From NCBI RefSeq assembly GCF_006345805.1, contig NC_042998.1, positions 198,152,001 through 198,216,000 on the forward strand: a stretch of DNA of 64,000 nt, read 5' to 3'. The position numbers and the translations under genes were made by a program. The first letter of the stretch is position 1. Each line of letters starts with the position of its first letter. The notes under the pieces are model-generated. The model saw nothing but the letters and a program-made list of their open reading frames with translations, had not been told where the DNA came from and searched no databases. The stretch comes from Octopus sinensis. Its lineage: Eukaryota. Below are positions 49,338-63,180 of the stretch, piece by piece.

Positions 49338-49803
49338 ACCACACAGCCACTCCTACACCTATATTATTTGATATATTTTATACATATGTTCACACACACA
49401 AATATTTTCCATACAGAACCACACACACACACACACACACACAATATTTTCCATAGAGAACCACACACATACATTTACACATAAATATACACACACACAC
49501 ACATACAAATTCTCCCACGCAAAAACCACACAGGTATTCACTCACAAAGCCACACACTGACATTGTTCTAAATAACCACACCCTCACACTCATACTGCTC
49601 CAAACATACCATCATACATACAATTACCCACGCAAAAAACCATGCACATACACACGCACACACTAATCTACACAAAATCACATTTACACACACACAATAC
49701 CATGCACATATTCATTTATTCACACACACACACACACACACAGGTAAATCTGGTGTAGTTAGTGGACAGACTGAAATAACCAGCTAAACCGTATTCTATT
49801 AAG

Positions 49804-50250
49804 CATCATCATCATCATAGTTTGACCGTGGTCGAAACAATGGAATTTACCATGCTACGCCAGACTTCACGGTCCATCATGGCATTACGGAGGTCCTGTT
49901 GCTGGGTGCCTGTATCCCTGGAGATTACATCAGGGTAGGAGAGTGTGCACCCTCTGGTATCGCGAGCAGATGGCTTCCAGAGAAGGAGAGTAGAAATTAC
50001 CTGGTCCTCAGCTCTACAACAATGTCCAGCAAACTGGACTCTTCTATCTTTCACAAGAGATGATACAGGTGGTAATTTCCCATATATTTGTACTTTGGTT
50101 GGATGACGCTTCCACGAGAGATTTTGAGTTCTCATAAGGAGGCGAGTGTAAGTTCCATCCAACCGCCTCTCAAGCTTCTTTGATAACGTCCAGGTTTCTG
50201 AGCCATATAGTAGAATTGGTTCGACTGTGGCTTTGAAGATTTCAAGATTT
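49804..50250 (-). mobile_element. RTE-clade LINE 3' fragment (different family from C)
   Basis: IFKATVEPILLYGSETWTLSKKLE.R.DGTYTRLLMR...RRVQFAGHC.R...DREVWR and a (GAT)n tail. Confidence 0.85.
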
Positions 50251-50543
50251 TAAGCACATGATATTAGTCTTTTCTATTTCCCATGGAATACCAAGCAAAT
50301 AAGCATGCCTACTCAAAATGATGCCAATTCCTCAAGAGTAATGGTTATCCTGGCTAACATATAGAACTGCCTTATTTTCACTGCTGATGCCTCTTTGGTC
50401 AATCCAACATATCTTGCTGATACCCCAGGGTATCTGATCAAATTGTAAGAAGCCATCTCTTGTGTCTCTTGTTTCAGTTGTCCACTTCAAGAAAAGTGCA
50501 GACATCCCAGATAACCAGGTGGTCCCTTTTGTGATGTCCTTGA

Positions 50544-50933
50544 CATAGAATATCTTGGTGTTGCTCGGGCTTGTTTCGACCCTTTAGATTTGGAATTTTT
50601 GAAAAGTAAAAATTTTGTATTATGTAGCTTGTTATTCTCTTTAAGTGAACATTTTTCTGGTTGAAATACACCGAAAAATGGCGACACAGCAGTCAAAAAA
50701 TCGTAAAAAATAGGGATTTTCATAGAAAAAAAGCACCTTTTTGATGTTAATAATTTTTGGTGTTAACATGGTCCGGTTTGAATTTTTTCTTCTACGGAAG
50801 GAAGAGCAAGCCTTCTTCTATCATACTCTCAATTTTGGTCAACTTGCGCCGCAGGGTCTCGGAGGAGATAGTGTTAGTTGAAGGCTACCAAACCTGCCAT
50901 ACACAGACAACTTCAGCTTTAGATATAGAGAGA
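50544..50933 (-). mobile_element. Probable degenerate non-autonomous Helitron
   Basis: Minus-strand 5' TCTCTCTATATCTAAAGCTGAAGTTGTCTGT resembles the other Helitron 5' ends. The low-coordinate end GTTGCTCGGG resembles the 3' hairpin, but CTAG is not intact. Confidence 0.5.
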
Positions 50934-51159
50934 TTGCTGTAGCAATTTGAATACTGGAAGGTAAGGTTGTTGGCCATACACATCATCCCTCCTCCTTTCT
51001 CAGCCTGGTTACCACCCCAGAATTTTGAAGCTGAAGGCAGCGTGCCTGAAGCCAGTTGAACCTGGGTCTCATGCAAGACCAGGTCATCATACGCCATGAC
51101 AATGGCTGAGATAACCACCTACTATGCAATATATGGTACAGGACGCTTTAAATGGTTAT

Positions 51160-51335
51160 AATAATAATAATAATGAAATTATTGTATGCATTGCTCCAAC
51201 AACTAACAACTGATGCCGGCAGTTTGTTCCATGCTTCAGCAACTCTCAGCGTGAAAAAATGTTTCTGAAAGTCATGGAAGGAGCTGTGCTGTTTTCTGAC
51301 TTTGTAAACATGTCCACGGGTGTTAGACAGGTGGA
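51160..51335 (-). mobile_element. CR1/L2-type LINE 3' fragment (same family as 908-1969) with most of the 3' UTR deleted
   Basis: Reverse match to about 1285-1410 joined to the tail. Confidence 0.8.
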
Positions 51336-51589
51336 AACCAACTGTTCAGAATGGAAAAGGCTCTAAATGATAAATAATCAACTACACCATATTCTTTTAA
51401 GTATATAGTATAGGAGGCTTTAAGTCGTCAAGATGTAAGTATTGCCATCATGAGACTAATAGAATAAAAGTTAAACACACTTGCTTACACAATCATACAC
51501 CCCACCCCATACAAACACACATGTGTGTGTGTGTGTATATGAGTTTGTGTGTATAGGTATATGTGGGGTACTGGTGGTGAAACATATCA

Positions 51590-51825
51590 AGGCGGCGAGC
51601 TGGCAGAATCGTTAGCACGCCAGGTGAAATGCGTAGCCGTATTTCGTCAGCTGTTATGTTCTGGGTTCAAATTCTGCCGAGGTCGACTTTGCCTTTCATC
51701 CTTTCGGGGTCGATTAAATAAGTACCAGTTATGCACTGAGGTCGATGTAATCGACTTAATCCGTTTGTCTGACCTTGTTTGTCCCCTCTGTGCTTAGCCC
51801 CTTGTGGGTAGTAAAGAAATAGGTA
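51590..51825 (+). mobile_element. SINE-B monomer
   Basis: GGCGGCGAGCTGGCAG head and AAAGAAATAGGT tail; no clean TSD. Confidence 0.88.
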
Positions 51826-52512
51826 TACGTGTGGTGTGTGGATGCATGTTAGGGCATAATGTATATGTACACTTATGTGCATGTATATGTGTATGATGTG
51901 TGTTATAAACAGTGTGTGTTTGTTTGTGTGTGCCTGTGCATGTGGATCTGTGTGTATAAGCATGTGTGTCAGTCTGTGAGTCACTGCATATTTAAGCATG
52001 TGCTTACATCAGTTTATGTAAATGCATGGTGTGTGCATGGATGTGTAAGTGCATGTATATGTATGTATTTTGTTCAGTCAGTAAGGTTTACCCTCATCCA
52101 AAACTGACCTCCCTCGTCTTGTAATACCATAATGGCTGATCACAACTGCAAGTAGATTAGTATTTAAAGAGATTTCAATATTGATGATGATGATAGTAAG
52201 GAGACTGATGATGATAATGATGATGATAATGATGATGGTGATGATAATGGGGTTGGCTGTGGGTGGTTGTGATAGTGGTGGTGAAATAGATCAGGCAAGA
52301 TTGAAATCCAATACAATATTATTAACCAAGGATAAAATCCCACACATCAGGTCAGTTATGTTAAACAAAGCAAGTTTTAGTTAAAATGGACCAAGCAAGA
52401 TCAGTTACAATAGAGCAGATAGACCAGGCAAAGGTCAGTTACATTGGACCATGCTAAGGTGAGACTTAATAAAATTACAGAAAATGAAGGGTTAATATGA
52501 AGTCTCCACAAG

Positions 52513-53384
52513 TCATCATCATCATCATCATCATCGTTTAACGTCCGCTTTCCATGCTAGCATGGGTTGGACGATTTGACTGAGGACTGGCGAACCAGAT
52601 GGCTGCACCAGGCTCCAATCTGATATATGTGTGTATTACAATTAATAAGAGGTATGACCACTAAAGTGGATTCCAATACACTAGAGATAGACATATATAT
52701 ATATACACATATAAGGATATATATATATCACCATCATCATCATCATCGTTTAACGTCCGCTTTCCATGCTAGCATGGGTTGGACGATTTGACTGAGGACT
52801 GGCGAACCAGATGGCTGCACCAGGCTCCAATCTGATATATGTGTATTACAATTAATAAGAGGTATGACCACTAAAGTGGATTCCAATACACTAGAGATAG
52901 ACATATATATATATATATACACATATAAGGATATATATATATCACCATCATCATCATCATCGTTTAACGTCCGCTTTCCATGCTAGCATGGGTTGGACGA
53001 TTTGACTGAGGACTGGCGAACCAGATGGCTGCACCAGGCTCCAATCTGATATATGTGTGTATTACAATTAATAAGAGGTATGACCACTAAAGTGGATTCC
53101 AATACACTAGAGATAGACATATATATATATACACATATAAGGATATATATATATCACCATCATCATCATCATCGTTTAACGTCCGCTTTCCATGCTAGCA
53201 TGGGTTGGACGATTTGACTGAGGACTGGCGAACCAGATGGCTGCACCAGGCTCCAATCTGATATATGTGTGTATTACAATTAATAAGAGGTATGACCACT
53301 AAAGTGGATTCCAATACACTAGAGATAGACATATATATATATACACATATAAGGATATATATATATCACCATCATCATCATCAT
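52513..53384. repeat. Tandem array of four near-identical 212-214-bp units (family C 3' end plus unique spacer)
   Basis: CGTTTAACG occurs at 52535, 52747, 52961, 53173 and 53385. Confidence 0.92.
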
Positions 53385-53970
53385 CGTTTAACGTCCGCTT
53401 TCCATGCTAGCATGGGTTGGACGATTTGACTGAGGACTGGCGAACCAGGTGGCTGCACCAGGCTCCAATCTTGATCTGGCAGAGTTTCTACAGCTGGATG
53501 CCTTTCCTAATGCCAACCACTCTGAGAGTGAAGTGGGTGCTTTTACATGCCACTGGCACAAGGGCCAGTTAGGCGGTATGGCAACGGCCATGCTCAAATG
53601 GTGTTTTTACACGTGCCACCTGCACAGGAGCCAGTCCAGCAGCACTGGCAATCACCTCACTGGAATGTTTTTTCACATGCCACCAGCACAAGTGCCTGTA
53701 GGGCAACGCTAGTAATGATCACACTCGAATGGAGGTTTTTACGGCACATCGGCATGGAAGCCAATTAGCTGCTCTGGCAACGATCATACTCAGATGGTGC
53801 GCTTAGCACTCCACTAGCACAGATGCAAGTCATCGAATTTGATTTCAATTTCACTTGCCTCAACAGGTCTTCGCAAGCAGAGTTTAGTATCCAATGAAGG
53901 AAAAGTACACATAAGTGGGCTGGTTACCCCCCCCCCACTGGCATAGGCCACGAGGTTATGGTTTCACTTG
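53370..53970 (-). mobile_element. Long family C copy
   Basis: Body, modules and the segment homologous to about 3210-3330. Confidence 0.82.
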
Positions 53971-55072
53971 GTACAAGTGTTACATGTAAAACACCAGATC
54001 AAGCATTGCAAGATATTTCATCCAACACCAACACTTCTGCTAATCCATCTCCCTCACTAATAATAATGGTGATTATGATGGCAATAGCAACAATGATGAT
54101 GATGATGATGATGATTTTGTTTTCTTAGCAACAGTGGAGTTAGATGAAGGGGGAATATTACAAAGATATGTTACAATTTGTGTGGTTTTACATAAACCTG
54201 GGTGAAGAGATTAAAAAAAAGGGGGAAACCAGATGAAAAGAATATATAGTACAAAAAATATATGATACAAAAGAGCTTCTAACTAGGGCCCCAATCAAGC
54301 AATCCTACCCAGGTCACATACCCTCTTCCAACTGCAGTTCTATAATCTACACATGCATGTTTACAGTAGTTTCATCCACTCTCAACATTTATGCCAAAAT
54401 CACCATCCTTTTGACAAATTTACTGGAGAAGAGTGTTTCTATCTCCACCTTCAGAGTCCTTTCCAAGTGGAACTTGAAAAAAGTTGATGAAGGCTTGGCC
54501 AATGAGAAACACGTTTATTGCAATCCTTTCAGCCTCATCCACCGCACAACCTATTAACCATTGATTTCTGCATATGGAAAGACCAGTAATTTTGAGGGGC
54601 AGGGGTTAGTTAATACTATCAGCCTCAGTATTTGACTAGTACTTTATTTTACAGACTCTAAAAAGATAAAAAGCAAAACTGACTTTGGCAGCATTTGAAC
54701 TCAGAATGTAAAGAGCCAAAAATGTATATACTACAAAGCATTTTTTCCAACACTCTAACAATTCTGCCAGCTTGCCTCTTTATGATTACTGATTTAGGCA
54801 CCAGTCTGACAATTTTGAGAGATAGGGGAATGCTCAATATCATCAATCTCAGTATTTGACGGTGCTTTATTTTATCAACCTTGGAAGGTTCAACGGTGAA
54901 ACCCCCAACACTCCACACAAGCTCTTTAGTTTCAGTATTATATAAACTTATCAGTTTCAATGTTCTAATGAAACTAATTAGTTCCAATACTCTACATAAA
55001 TAATTAGAGCCAATACTCTAAATCAGTAGTTCTCAGACAATGCACAACAATGGGGCATCTAGATTTATTACA

Positions 55073-55362
55073 TCATCATCATCATCACCGTTTAATGTCC
55101 GCTTTCCATGCTAGCATGGGTTGGACAGTTCGACCGGGGTCTGGGAAGCCAGGATGCTGCACCAGGCCCAGTCTGATCTGGCAGTGTTTCTACAGCTGGA
55201 TGCCCTTCCTAACACCAACCACTCCGTGAATGTAGTGGGTGCTTTTTACGTGCCACCGGCACAGGTGCCAGACGATGCTGGCAAACGGCCACGATCGGAT
55301 GGTGCTTTTACGTGCAACCGGCACGGAGGCCAGTTGGGTGGCGCTAGCTACGGCCACGCCAC
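55073..55362 (-). mobile_element. Family C copy
   Basis: Conserved body. Confidence 0.85.
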
Positions 55363-55557
55363 ATTATTTACAAAGGACGGATAGGTTTCCTCAGAGGTAT
55401 AGTAAAAGGCCCAAGGTGCTGTTAGTGGGTCTTAACCCAAAATCACATAGTCGTGAAGTGAACTTCTCAATCACATGGTCATGTTGGCATCTATACCATA
55501 TTTGTTCCTTTTGTTTTATTAATCATATTTATGTAGAACAGAAATATGGTAATGAAA

Positions 55558-55690
55558 TGGTTAATCCCAATATTCTATATAAACTAATTCATTCCAATAC
55601 TCTACATAAGCTAATTAACCCCAATACTCTACATAAACTAATTAATTTCAATAATCTGTATAAACTAATTAATCCAAATACTCTAGATAA
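55558..55690. repeat. 27-bp minisatellite (AATTAATCCCAATACTCTACATAAACT-like), about 5 copies; related units at 54965-55020
   Basis: Direct reading. Confidence 0.7.
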
Positions 55691-56164
55691 AAGCAGCTTT
55701 TCCTCATAATTTATTCATTGTTTCATTCTTTTATTCTTTCCAGAATACAAAGAAGACATTGCGAGAGAGAGGAGTCAAGTGTCCCAGCCGAAACATGTTA
55801 AAGATATCAATGTAAAAACGAGAGATCCATTTTGTTCAAACTCCGTAAAAGAACCACCAAAACAAAAAACACAAAACAAAACAAAAGAAAACAGAATACC
55901 TAATTTCGGAAGGAAACATGTATATTAGAATAGCCAAATAATCCTCCACGTCTCTGGTTCTCAAGACAATGGAAGTTGTTACCTTACTTCTTTAATACAA
56001 TGGAAAGGAACTTCACTTAAAAAATAACGGCATTGTGTTGTAATATGCTATTTAGTAATTTATTGTACACCGATGTACTGTATTGTATTGTGTACTGTTT
56101 TGTAAAGTATTATAATGTACTGCATTGTATTGTGTAGCACGGTGCTGTATAAATATAAAGTCTT

Positions 56165-56557
56165 TAGTTTACTCTTTTACTTGTTTCAGTCATTTGACTG
56201 CGGCCATGCTGGAGCACCACCTTTAATCGAGCAACTCGACCCCGGGTCTTATTCTTTTGTAAGCCCAGTACTTATTCTATCGGTCTCTTTGCCAAACCGC
56301 TAAGTAACGGGGACATAAACACACCAGCATCGGTTGTCAAGCGATGTTGGGAGGGGACAAACACAAACACACACACACATACACACATATATATATATAT
56401 ATACATATATACGACGGGCTTCTTTCAGTTTCCGTCTACCAAATCCACTCACAAGGCTTTGGTCGGCCCGAGGCTATAGTAGAAGACACTTGCCCAAGGT
56501 GTCACGCAGTAGGACTGAACCCGAAACCATGTGGTTGGTAAACAAGCTACTTACCAC
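56165..56557 (-). mobile_element. SINE-A, slightly 5'-truncated
   Basis: Reverse match to the A copies. Confidence 0.9.
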
Positions 56558-56784
56558 ATTTTGTTTTTTTCTTAAACTAAGCTGATTTATTTATTGGCAG
56601 AGTGATCAAAGCCAGAGATATATTCCAGTGGTCTAGCATCACACATACACCTCAGTGCATTCACAGAATACTCCATACATAACCATACATTTCAGACACA
56701 TACACAGAGACTTCTCTTTCACACAATTTGTTCATTCCTTCATTTATATGTCCATTTTTCCATATTACCAAGGTTAAACGAATA

Positions 56785-57005
56785 GGCGGCGAGCTGGCAG
56801 ATATGTTAGCATGCCGGGCGAAATGCATAGCCGTATTTCGTCTGCTGCTACGTTCTGAGTTCAAATTCCGCCAAGGTCGACTTTGCCTTTCATCCTTTCG
56901 GGGGTCGATAAATTAAGAACCAGTTACGCACTGAGGTCGATATAATCGACTTAATCCCTTTGTTTGTCCTCTCTGTGTTTAGCCCCTTGTGGGTAATAAA
57001 GAAAT
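56785..57005 (+). mobile_element. SINE-B monomer with 14-bp TSD
   Basis: AGGTTAAACGAATA occurs at 56771-56784 and 57006-57019. Confidence 0.9.
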
Positions 57006-57596
57006 AGGTTAAACGAATATATTATTGAGGAATTCTTATACAACCAGATGCTCTTTCTGTTGCTGAGCCATACCGATTTCTCAAATAAAGGATGATATCC
57101 TATTCCACAATCCTTCGAAGGCACAAAGTCAATAGATGACCTATTGAGAAGGGAAATGACAAATTTTGGAAATGTGCAAATGTAAACACACACAGGCGGT
57201 GCTCCAGCATGGCCACAGTCAAATGACTGAAACAAGTAAAAGAGTAAAAGAGTACGGAGTAGGCCCTTTCAGTTTCTCTCTACAGAATCCTTTCCGAGGT
57301 TTTGGTTGGCCAAGGGATATATTAGAGGACACCTACTCAAGATGCCACAGAATAGGCATGAACCTGAAAACATGCAGCTGGGAAGTGAATTTTTCTAACC
57401 ATACTTATATGATGTATATATTACAGACATGGATTGCTAACATTTGGCTGGGGGGGGGGTAAATAAGGAGTAAGTTTAGAGAGCCATGTGTGTGTGTGTG
57501 TGTGTATCTCAAAACATATCTCAAAACAGGAGATTGGATATACATATATATATTTATATACATATTTTTATACACACACACACACACACATGTATG

Positions 57597-57640
<44 letters not shown>

Positions 57641-57647
57641 ATACATA

Positions 57648-57850
57648 TAGTAAATCCAAAAAAACAAACAACAAACACAAAAAAAAACAAGAACGTGAGG
57701 ACGTGATACATGCAAAGTATTAGCAGATGCTCGTGGAAGTAAAGAAAGGTGTTTTATGTTTCGAGCAGATGCTCTTCTTCGGAAACAGGAGACAGAGGAA
57801 AGTCCAACAGAAAATGAAGACAGAGGGGAAAAAAAAAACATGTATGTACG
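57648..57850 (-). mobile_element. Penelope-like terminal fragment with a degenerate hammerhead motif (57751-57786)
   Basis: Minus strand: GTTT-CCGAAGA-A-GAGCATCTGCTC-GAAAC-ATA-AAAC; lies between microsatellites. Confidence 0.5.
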
Positions 57851-58144
57851 TATCTGTATGTATGTGTGTGTGCATGCGTGTATGAAAGTCTATATATGAA
57901 TGTGTGTGGTGTGTGTGTGTGTGTATGTATGTGTGTGTGTGTGTATGTGTGTATACATACAAGCACACGTTTTAGGCAATTTGCTTCCCTTAAGAAATAT
58001 TTTTCTTAAGATTTTTTTTTAACAAATAATTATATGATAAAATGTAATAATTAAGTATATAATCCCTTTAACAAAGTAGTAATTAGGATAATTCAATAAA
58101 ATATGATAATGATATAATCGATATAATATTAAACTTAACAGTAT

Positions 58145-58157
58145 CATTACTATTACT

Positions 58158-58188
<31 letters not shown>

Positions 58189-58204
58189 TTTTTATTATTA
58201 TTAT

Positions 58205-58236
<32 letters not shown>

Positions 58237-58369
58237 TTATTAATTTTATTATTATTATTATTATTTTTATTATTATTATCATTATTATTATTATTATTTT
58301 TATTATTATTATTATTTTTATTATTATTATTATTTTTATTATTATTATTATTTTTATTATTATCATTAA

Positions 58370-58412
<43 letters not shown>

Positions 58413-58425
58413 GTTGTTGTTGTTA
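58145..58425. repeat. (ATT)n tract
   Basis: Direct reading. Confidence 0.95.
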
Positions 58426-58782
58426 CAGTTGCTGCTAATGTTACTTTTATCAATAAAATGATGAGCTGACAAAAATCATTAGTAAAATCATTAAAAAAAT
58501 TTATCATTTTTGTCATCATTGCATTTCATTGATCTGGTTTCTGTATAACTAATACCAGTTATCTACTGGGGTAATGGTAATTCACTAGTTCCTTCTTCCT
58601 TACTTCCAAAATTGTACATAATATAATTCAAATTACATAATATAATTTTTATTGTAGTAATTCATGGTAATTGTTATTATTGTTATTGTTTACACATTAA
58701 TTTTGATATAATTTAAATAAAATACGAACAACCATAATTACAACATGCACTTTTTAAATAATTTCCATTATAACTTCAAATT

Positions 58783-58938
58783 CTATATACATATATATAT
58801 ATACATACATATATATACATATATATACATACATATATATTATATATACATATATTATATATATACATCATTATATATATATATATATACATACATATAT
58901 ATATATATATACATACATATATATATATATATACATAC

Positions 58939-58973
<35 letters not shown>

Positions 58974-59260
58974 CATACATATTATATATATACATACATA
59001 TATAATATATATACATACATATATATATACATACATACATATATATATATACATACATACATATATATGATACATATATATATATAATATATATATATAT
59101 ACATATAATATACATATATATACATATACATATATATATATACATATCTATATATACATATCTATATATACATATATATATATATACATATATATATTAT
59201 ACATATCTATATATACATATATATATATATATACACACATATTATATATATATATATATG
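58783..59260. repeat. (TA/TACA)n compound tract
   Basis: Direct reading. Confidence 0.95.
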
Positions 59261-59816
59261 CAAATCTGCTGTGTCTGCATCTGTGTGTAAGATAGAGCAT
59301 ACATGTGTATATATATGTGTATATTTGTGTATGCATGTATGTTTAAACAGATACTTAAAACACTGTTTCTTTTTGCACGAATTAATAACTATTATATGCG
59401 AAAGAGACTTTGTTTTGTTATTTTTAATATGTGCCTATCATTTAAAATTCATCGTTTAAAATTGGTTGTATATTAATATATCTTCTTAATTTAAATTATT
59501 TATTTTATTTGTTTCTTTATGAGTGTTTTTGTCTTTATATACGTGCATATGTCAGTGTCGATATACCAAATTTATCTAAGCTTATATTATATGTATATAA
59601 AAAAGGTTTGTGTCTATGTGTATAATGATGTATGTATGTATGTATGTATGTATGTATGCATGCATGTTATATTTTTGCAAGCATATAGATATGTGTTAGC
59701 TCATACATAAGTTAATATGTATATGTGTATGTGTCTTTGTGGCTATGTATGTATATGGTGCATGTAGGTATAAATAAGAAAGTATAAAAGTGTGTGTGTT
59801 TGTGTGTGTGTGTGTG

Positions 59817-59862
<46 letters not shown>

Positions 59863-60103
59863 CACACAAACACACACATATAAGCAAAAAACAATGCCTG
59901 GAAGATACTCAATGTAAGAGCACACCTTTGTGCAAATTTGATGAAGTGCCACTCTGATGTCTAAAGCCGCAAATATTACGTAAATTTTTCACTTCAATAC
60001 TGTGTAAACTGGCATTGCAAACAGAGTTGGTGCAGAAAAATTGTAACTTATCATTAAAGATATGTTAAAGGATTTCTTTGTCCTATAAATGTGTATAAAT
60101 ATA

Positions 60104-60150
<47 letters not shown>

Positions 60151-60155
<5 letters not shown>

Positions 60156-60395
60156 CATAAAAAGCACCAACCGATCGTGGCCATTCCCAGCCTCCCCTAG
60201 CACCTGTGCCAGTGGCACGTAAAAAGCACCCACTACACTCACAGAGTGGTTGGTGTTAGGAAAGACATCCAGCTGTAGAAACACTGCCAGATCAGACTGG
60301 AGCCTAGTGCAGCCTTCTGGCTTCCCACATCCTCGGTCGAACCGTCCAACCCATGGTAGCATGGAAAAACGGACGTTAAACGATGATGATGATGA
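60151..60395 (+). mobile_element. Family C copy
   Basis: Conserved body and (GAT)n tail. Confidence 0.85.
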
Positions 60396-60661
60396 TATAT
60401 ATATAGTATACTGCCACTGATGTAGTAACATTTGAAATGTTGTCCAGGTAAATCTAAAGAAGAGTAATCAAATTTACGATGAGAAACTTATTTGAAGAGT
60501 CTGAAACCTAGCTACTAGATTATCCGATTCTGGATTATCCATTTATCTAATGCTCTTCCCACACACATCTTTGCCAGTATATATACAGTGAAGCCTTACT
60601 ATAGCATCATAAAATAATGGACTGCTATTTCCAGTAAACATTGGTGCCTTGTTGTACAACT

Positions 60662-60694
<33 letters not shown>

Positions 60695-60698
<4 letters not shown>

Positions 60699-60860
60699 AG
60701 AGTTTATGAAAAAAACAAAAGACGAAGACAGGTGGTGTACAAAACAAACAGATATATTAGTATAACACTCAGGAATAGAAAAAGTCTTTTACATTTCAAG
60801 CCTACGCTCTTCTACAGAAAGGGACACAGAAAAAACAAGGAGAGAAAAAAAATGTGTGTA
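60695..60860 (-). mobile_element. Penelope-like terminal fragment (same family as 42105-42295)
   Basis: Minus strand: CTTT-CTGTAGA-A-GAGCGTAGGCTT-GAAAT-GTA-AAAG; begins right after (TA)n. Confidence 0.5.
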
Positions 60861-61412
60861 AAAATAAATATGAAAATAAAAATATATATATATATAATGT
60901 ATGTGTGTGTGTGTGTGTGTGTATGTGCATGTTTGCTCATACATACATGTGAACATGTAGCTATTAGCATGTATATTTTTTCATAAATATGTGTTTATAT
61001 TCATATATCCTTGAATATATGTTTTTGTATACATGCAGGTTTATATGTATATATGTGTTTATACTTATTACACTAATCTCTCTGTCTCTCTTTTCTATAT
61101 TTCTAGTTTTGTTCTTTTTTCTCCCCTCCAACAATCTACAGGACCCTTGATCACAAACTATATATAAATGCTGCATACACGTATAAATTTTACTATCATT
61201 TGATTCTCTTCTGAAAAATTTCTGATAGATGTCTTTACATGTTTCTCCTACATGTACAATTCTATAACTCCCATTAGCAAACGAAACATGTGTAATGGTG
61301 AATAAATAATACCAAAAATTCCTTCCAATCTCCTCCTGTTTTCACATATAACTACACTGCAGAAAACATTTTCCAGAATTTTCAACTTTTATGTATACGC
61401 CACACAAATATA

Positions 61413-61560
61413 TATTTCTTTATTGCCCACAGGGGGCTAAACAAAGAGGGGACTAACAAAGACAGACAAACAGATTAAGATGATTACATCGACCCCAGTA
61501 CTTATTTAATCAACCCTGAAAGGATGAAAGGCAAAGTCAACCTTGATGGAATTTGAACAC
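61413..61560 (-). mobile_element. SINE-B 3' fragment
   Basis: Reverse match. Confidence 0.75.
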
Positions 61561-61675
61561 CACACAAATATACTATCTACATACAACTGTGAAGAACTGG
61601 AATAAATAGATGTGCTTTAAGAGGACACAGCTTGGATTAACCCTATCTACATTATATATATATATATATAATATC

Positions 61676-61984
61676 ACCATGATCACCATGACCGACCAGG
61701 CTATCAGATGTTGCTACACATCGCTGGTCGCAATGCACTTTGCACTGTTTTAGCCTTCAAATGACGCCACCCCGCTGGCTAAGTGAGCAGGCCAACAGAA
61801 GAAAGAGTGAGAGAAAGTTGTGACGAAAGAGTACAGCAGGGGTCGCCACCACCCCCTGCCAGAGCCTCGTGAAGCTTTAGATGTTTTCGCTCAATAAACA
61901 CTCACAACGCCTGGTCTGGGAATCGAAACCACAATCTCATGACTGCGAGTCCACTGCCCTAACCACTGGGCCATTGCGCCTCCA
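61676..61984 (-). mobile_element. SINE-F, full length, with a clear tRNA-derived head
   Basis: Minus strand: TGGAGGCGCAATGGCCCAGTGGTTAGGGCAG...GGTTTCGATTCCCAGACC (A and B boxes), short-repeat tail. Confidence 0.8.
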
Positions 61985-62007
61985 TATATATATATATATA
62001 ATATATA

Positions 62008-62049
<42 letters not shown>

Positions 62050-62654
62050 TATATATAATATATTATATATATATATATATATATATTAATTACATTGTTG
62101 CTAACACAATGTTTCATTATAGATGCTGACATTACATTACAGATACTGAAACATTACATTATATATTCTGGCACAACATTTAATTACATGTGCTGATACA
62201 ACATTGCATTAGCAATGATGACATTACATTAGAGACGCTGACATAATATTTCATTATACGCACATACACAATATTTCTATCAGCTTTCTAAGATATTGAT
62301 GTTTGGCCCCTACAACACCCTACACTAAACAAGTCTATTATTAAAAACATTCCAGTCTTTTAATCAGACATTATGCATCTAAACAAAGAATTGTGAATTG
62401 AGAATGGTTTGGCAGCTATTTCTGGCAGTTTAAAAAGTGTTCAGAAGCTCCCTTGTTGCTCTAAGTAGATGCTTATGGTGTGTGAATTTTCCAAGAGGTC
62501 ACCCATCTAAGTCTGGCATTGTCATACTTCAGTGATGACACAAACTGTTTTTGGTGTGATTATAGTCATAAGTTGGCCTGTCTACAATTGCTTTCATTCA
62601 TCTTCAGCAGCTACAGATTAGAACTTGAGACTTTATTCGATTTAATAAATCAAA

Positions 62655-63180
62655 TCAAATCAAAATCAAAACCATTTCGATGACTGGCATCCGTGCTAGC
62701 AGGGTGCAAAGAGCACCATACAAGTGTGATCATTGACAGAGCGGCTATTCGAGTATGATCGTTACCAGCGTCGCCTTACTGGCACTTATGCCTGTGCTAC
62801 TAGGGTGCCAAGAACACCATCTGAGTGGGATCGTTGCCAGAGCAGCCAACTGGCTTCCATACCCGTGACACGTAAAAGGGCACCATTCGAGCGTGATCGT
62901 TACCAACGTCGTTTCACTGGCACCTGTGTCGGTGGCACATGTAAAAAGATTCAAGCGAGTCATTGCCAGTACCACCTGACTGGCCCCCATGCAGGTGTCA
63001 CATAAAAAACACCCACTACACACTCGGAGTGGTTGGCGTTAGGAAGGGCATCCAGCTGTAGAAACTCTGCCAGATCAAGATTGGAGCCTGGTGCAGCCAT
63101 CTGGTTTGCCAGCCCTCAGTCAAAACCGTCTGACCCATGCTAGCATGGAAAATGGACGTTAAATGATGATGATGATGATA
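62655..63180 (+). mobile_element. Long family C copy with many 5' modules
   Basis: Successive GATCGTT(A/G)CCAG / TGGCAC modules precede the conserved body and (GAT)n tail. Confidence 0.85.

Noticed and set aside
52513-53400. CRISPR-like repeat-spacer appearance (also 26166-27907 and 20191-21686)
   Set aside because: Spacers are identical, units exceed 180 bp, there are no cas genes, and the context is eukaryotic.
55760-55805. GAAACATGTT palindrome resembling the 3' half of a hammerhead
   Set aside because: No CUGANGA core or helix II partner upstream.
61905-61984. Possible tRNA gene
   Set aside because: The tRNA-like head runs straight into a SINE body, and a second partial copy lies at 15030-15210. 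The same applies to the A, B and D heads.
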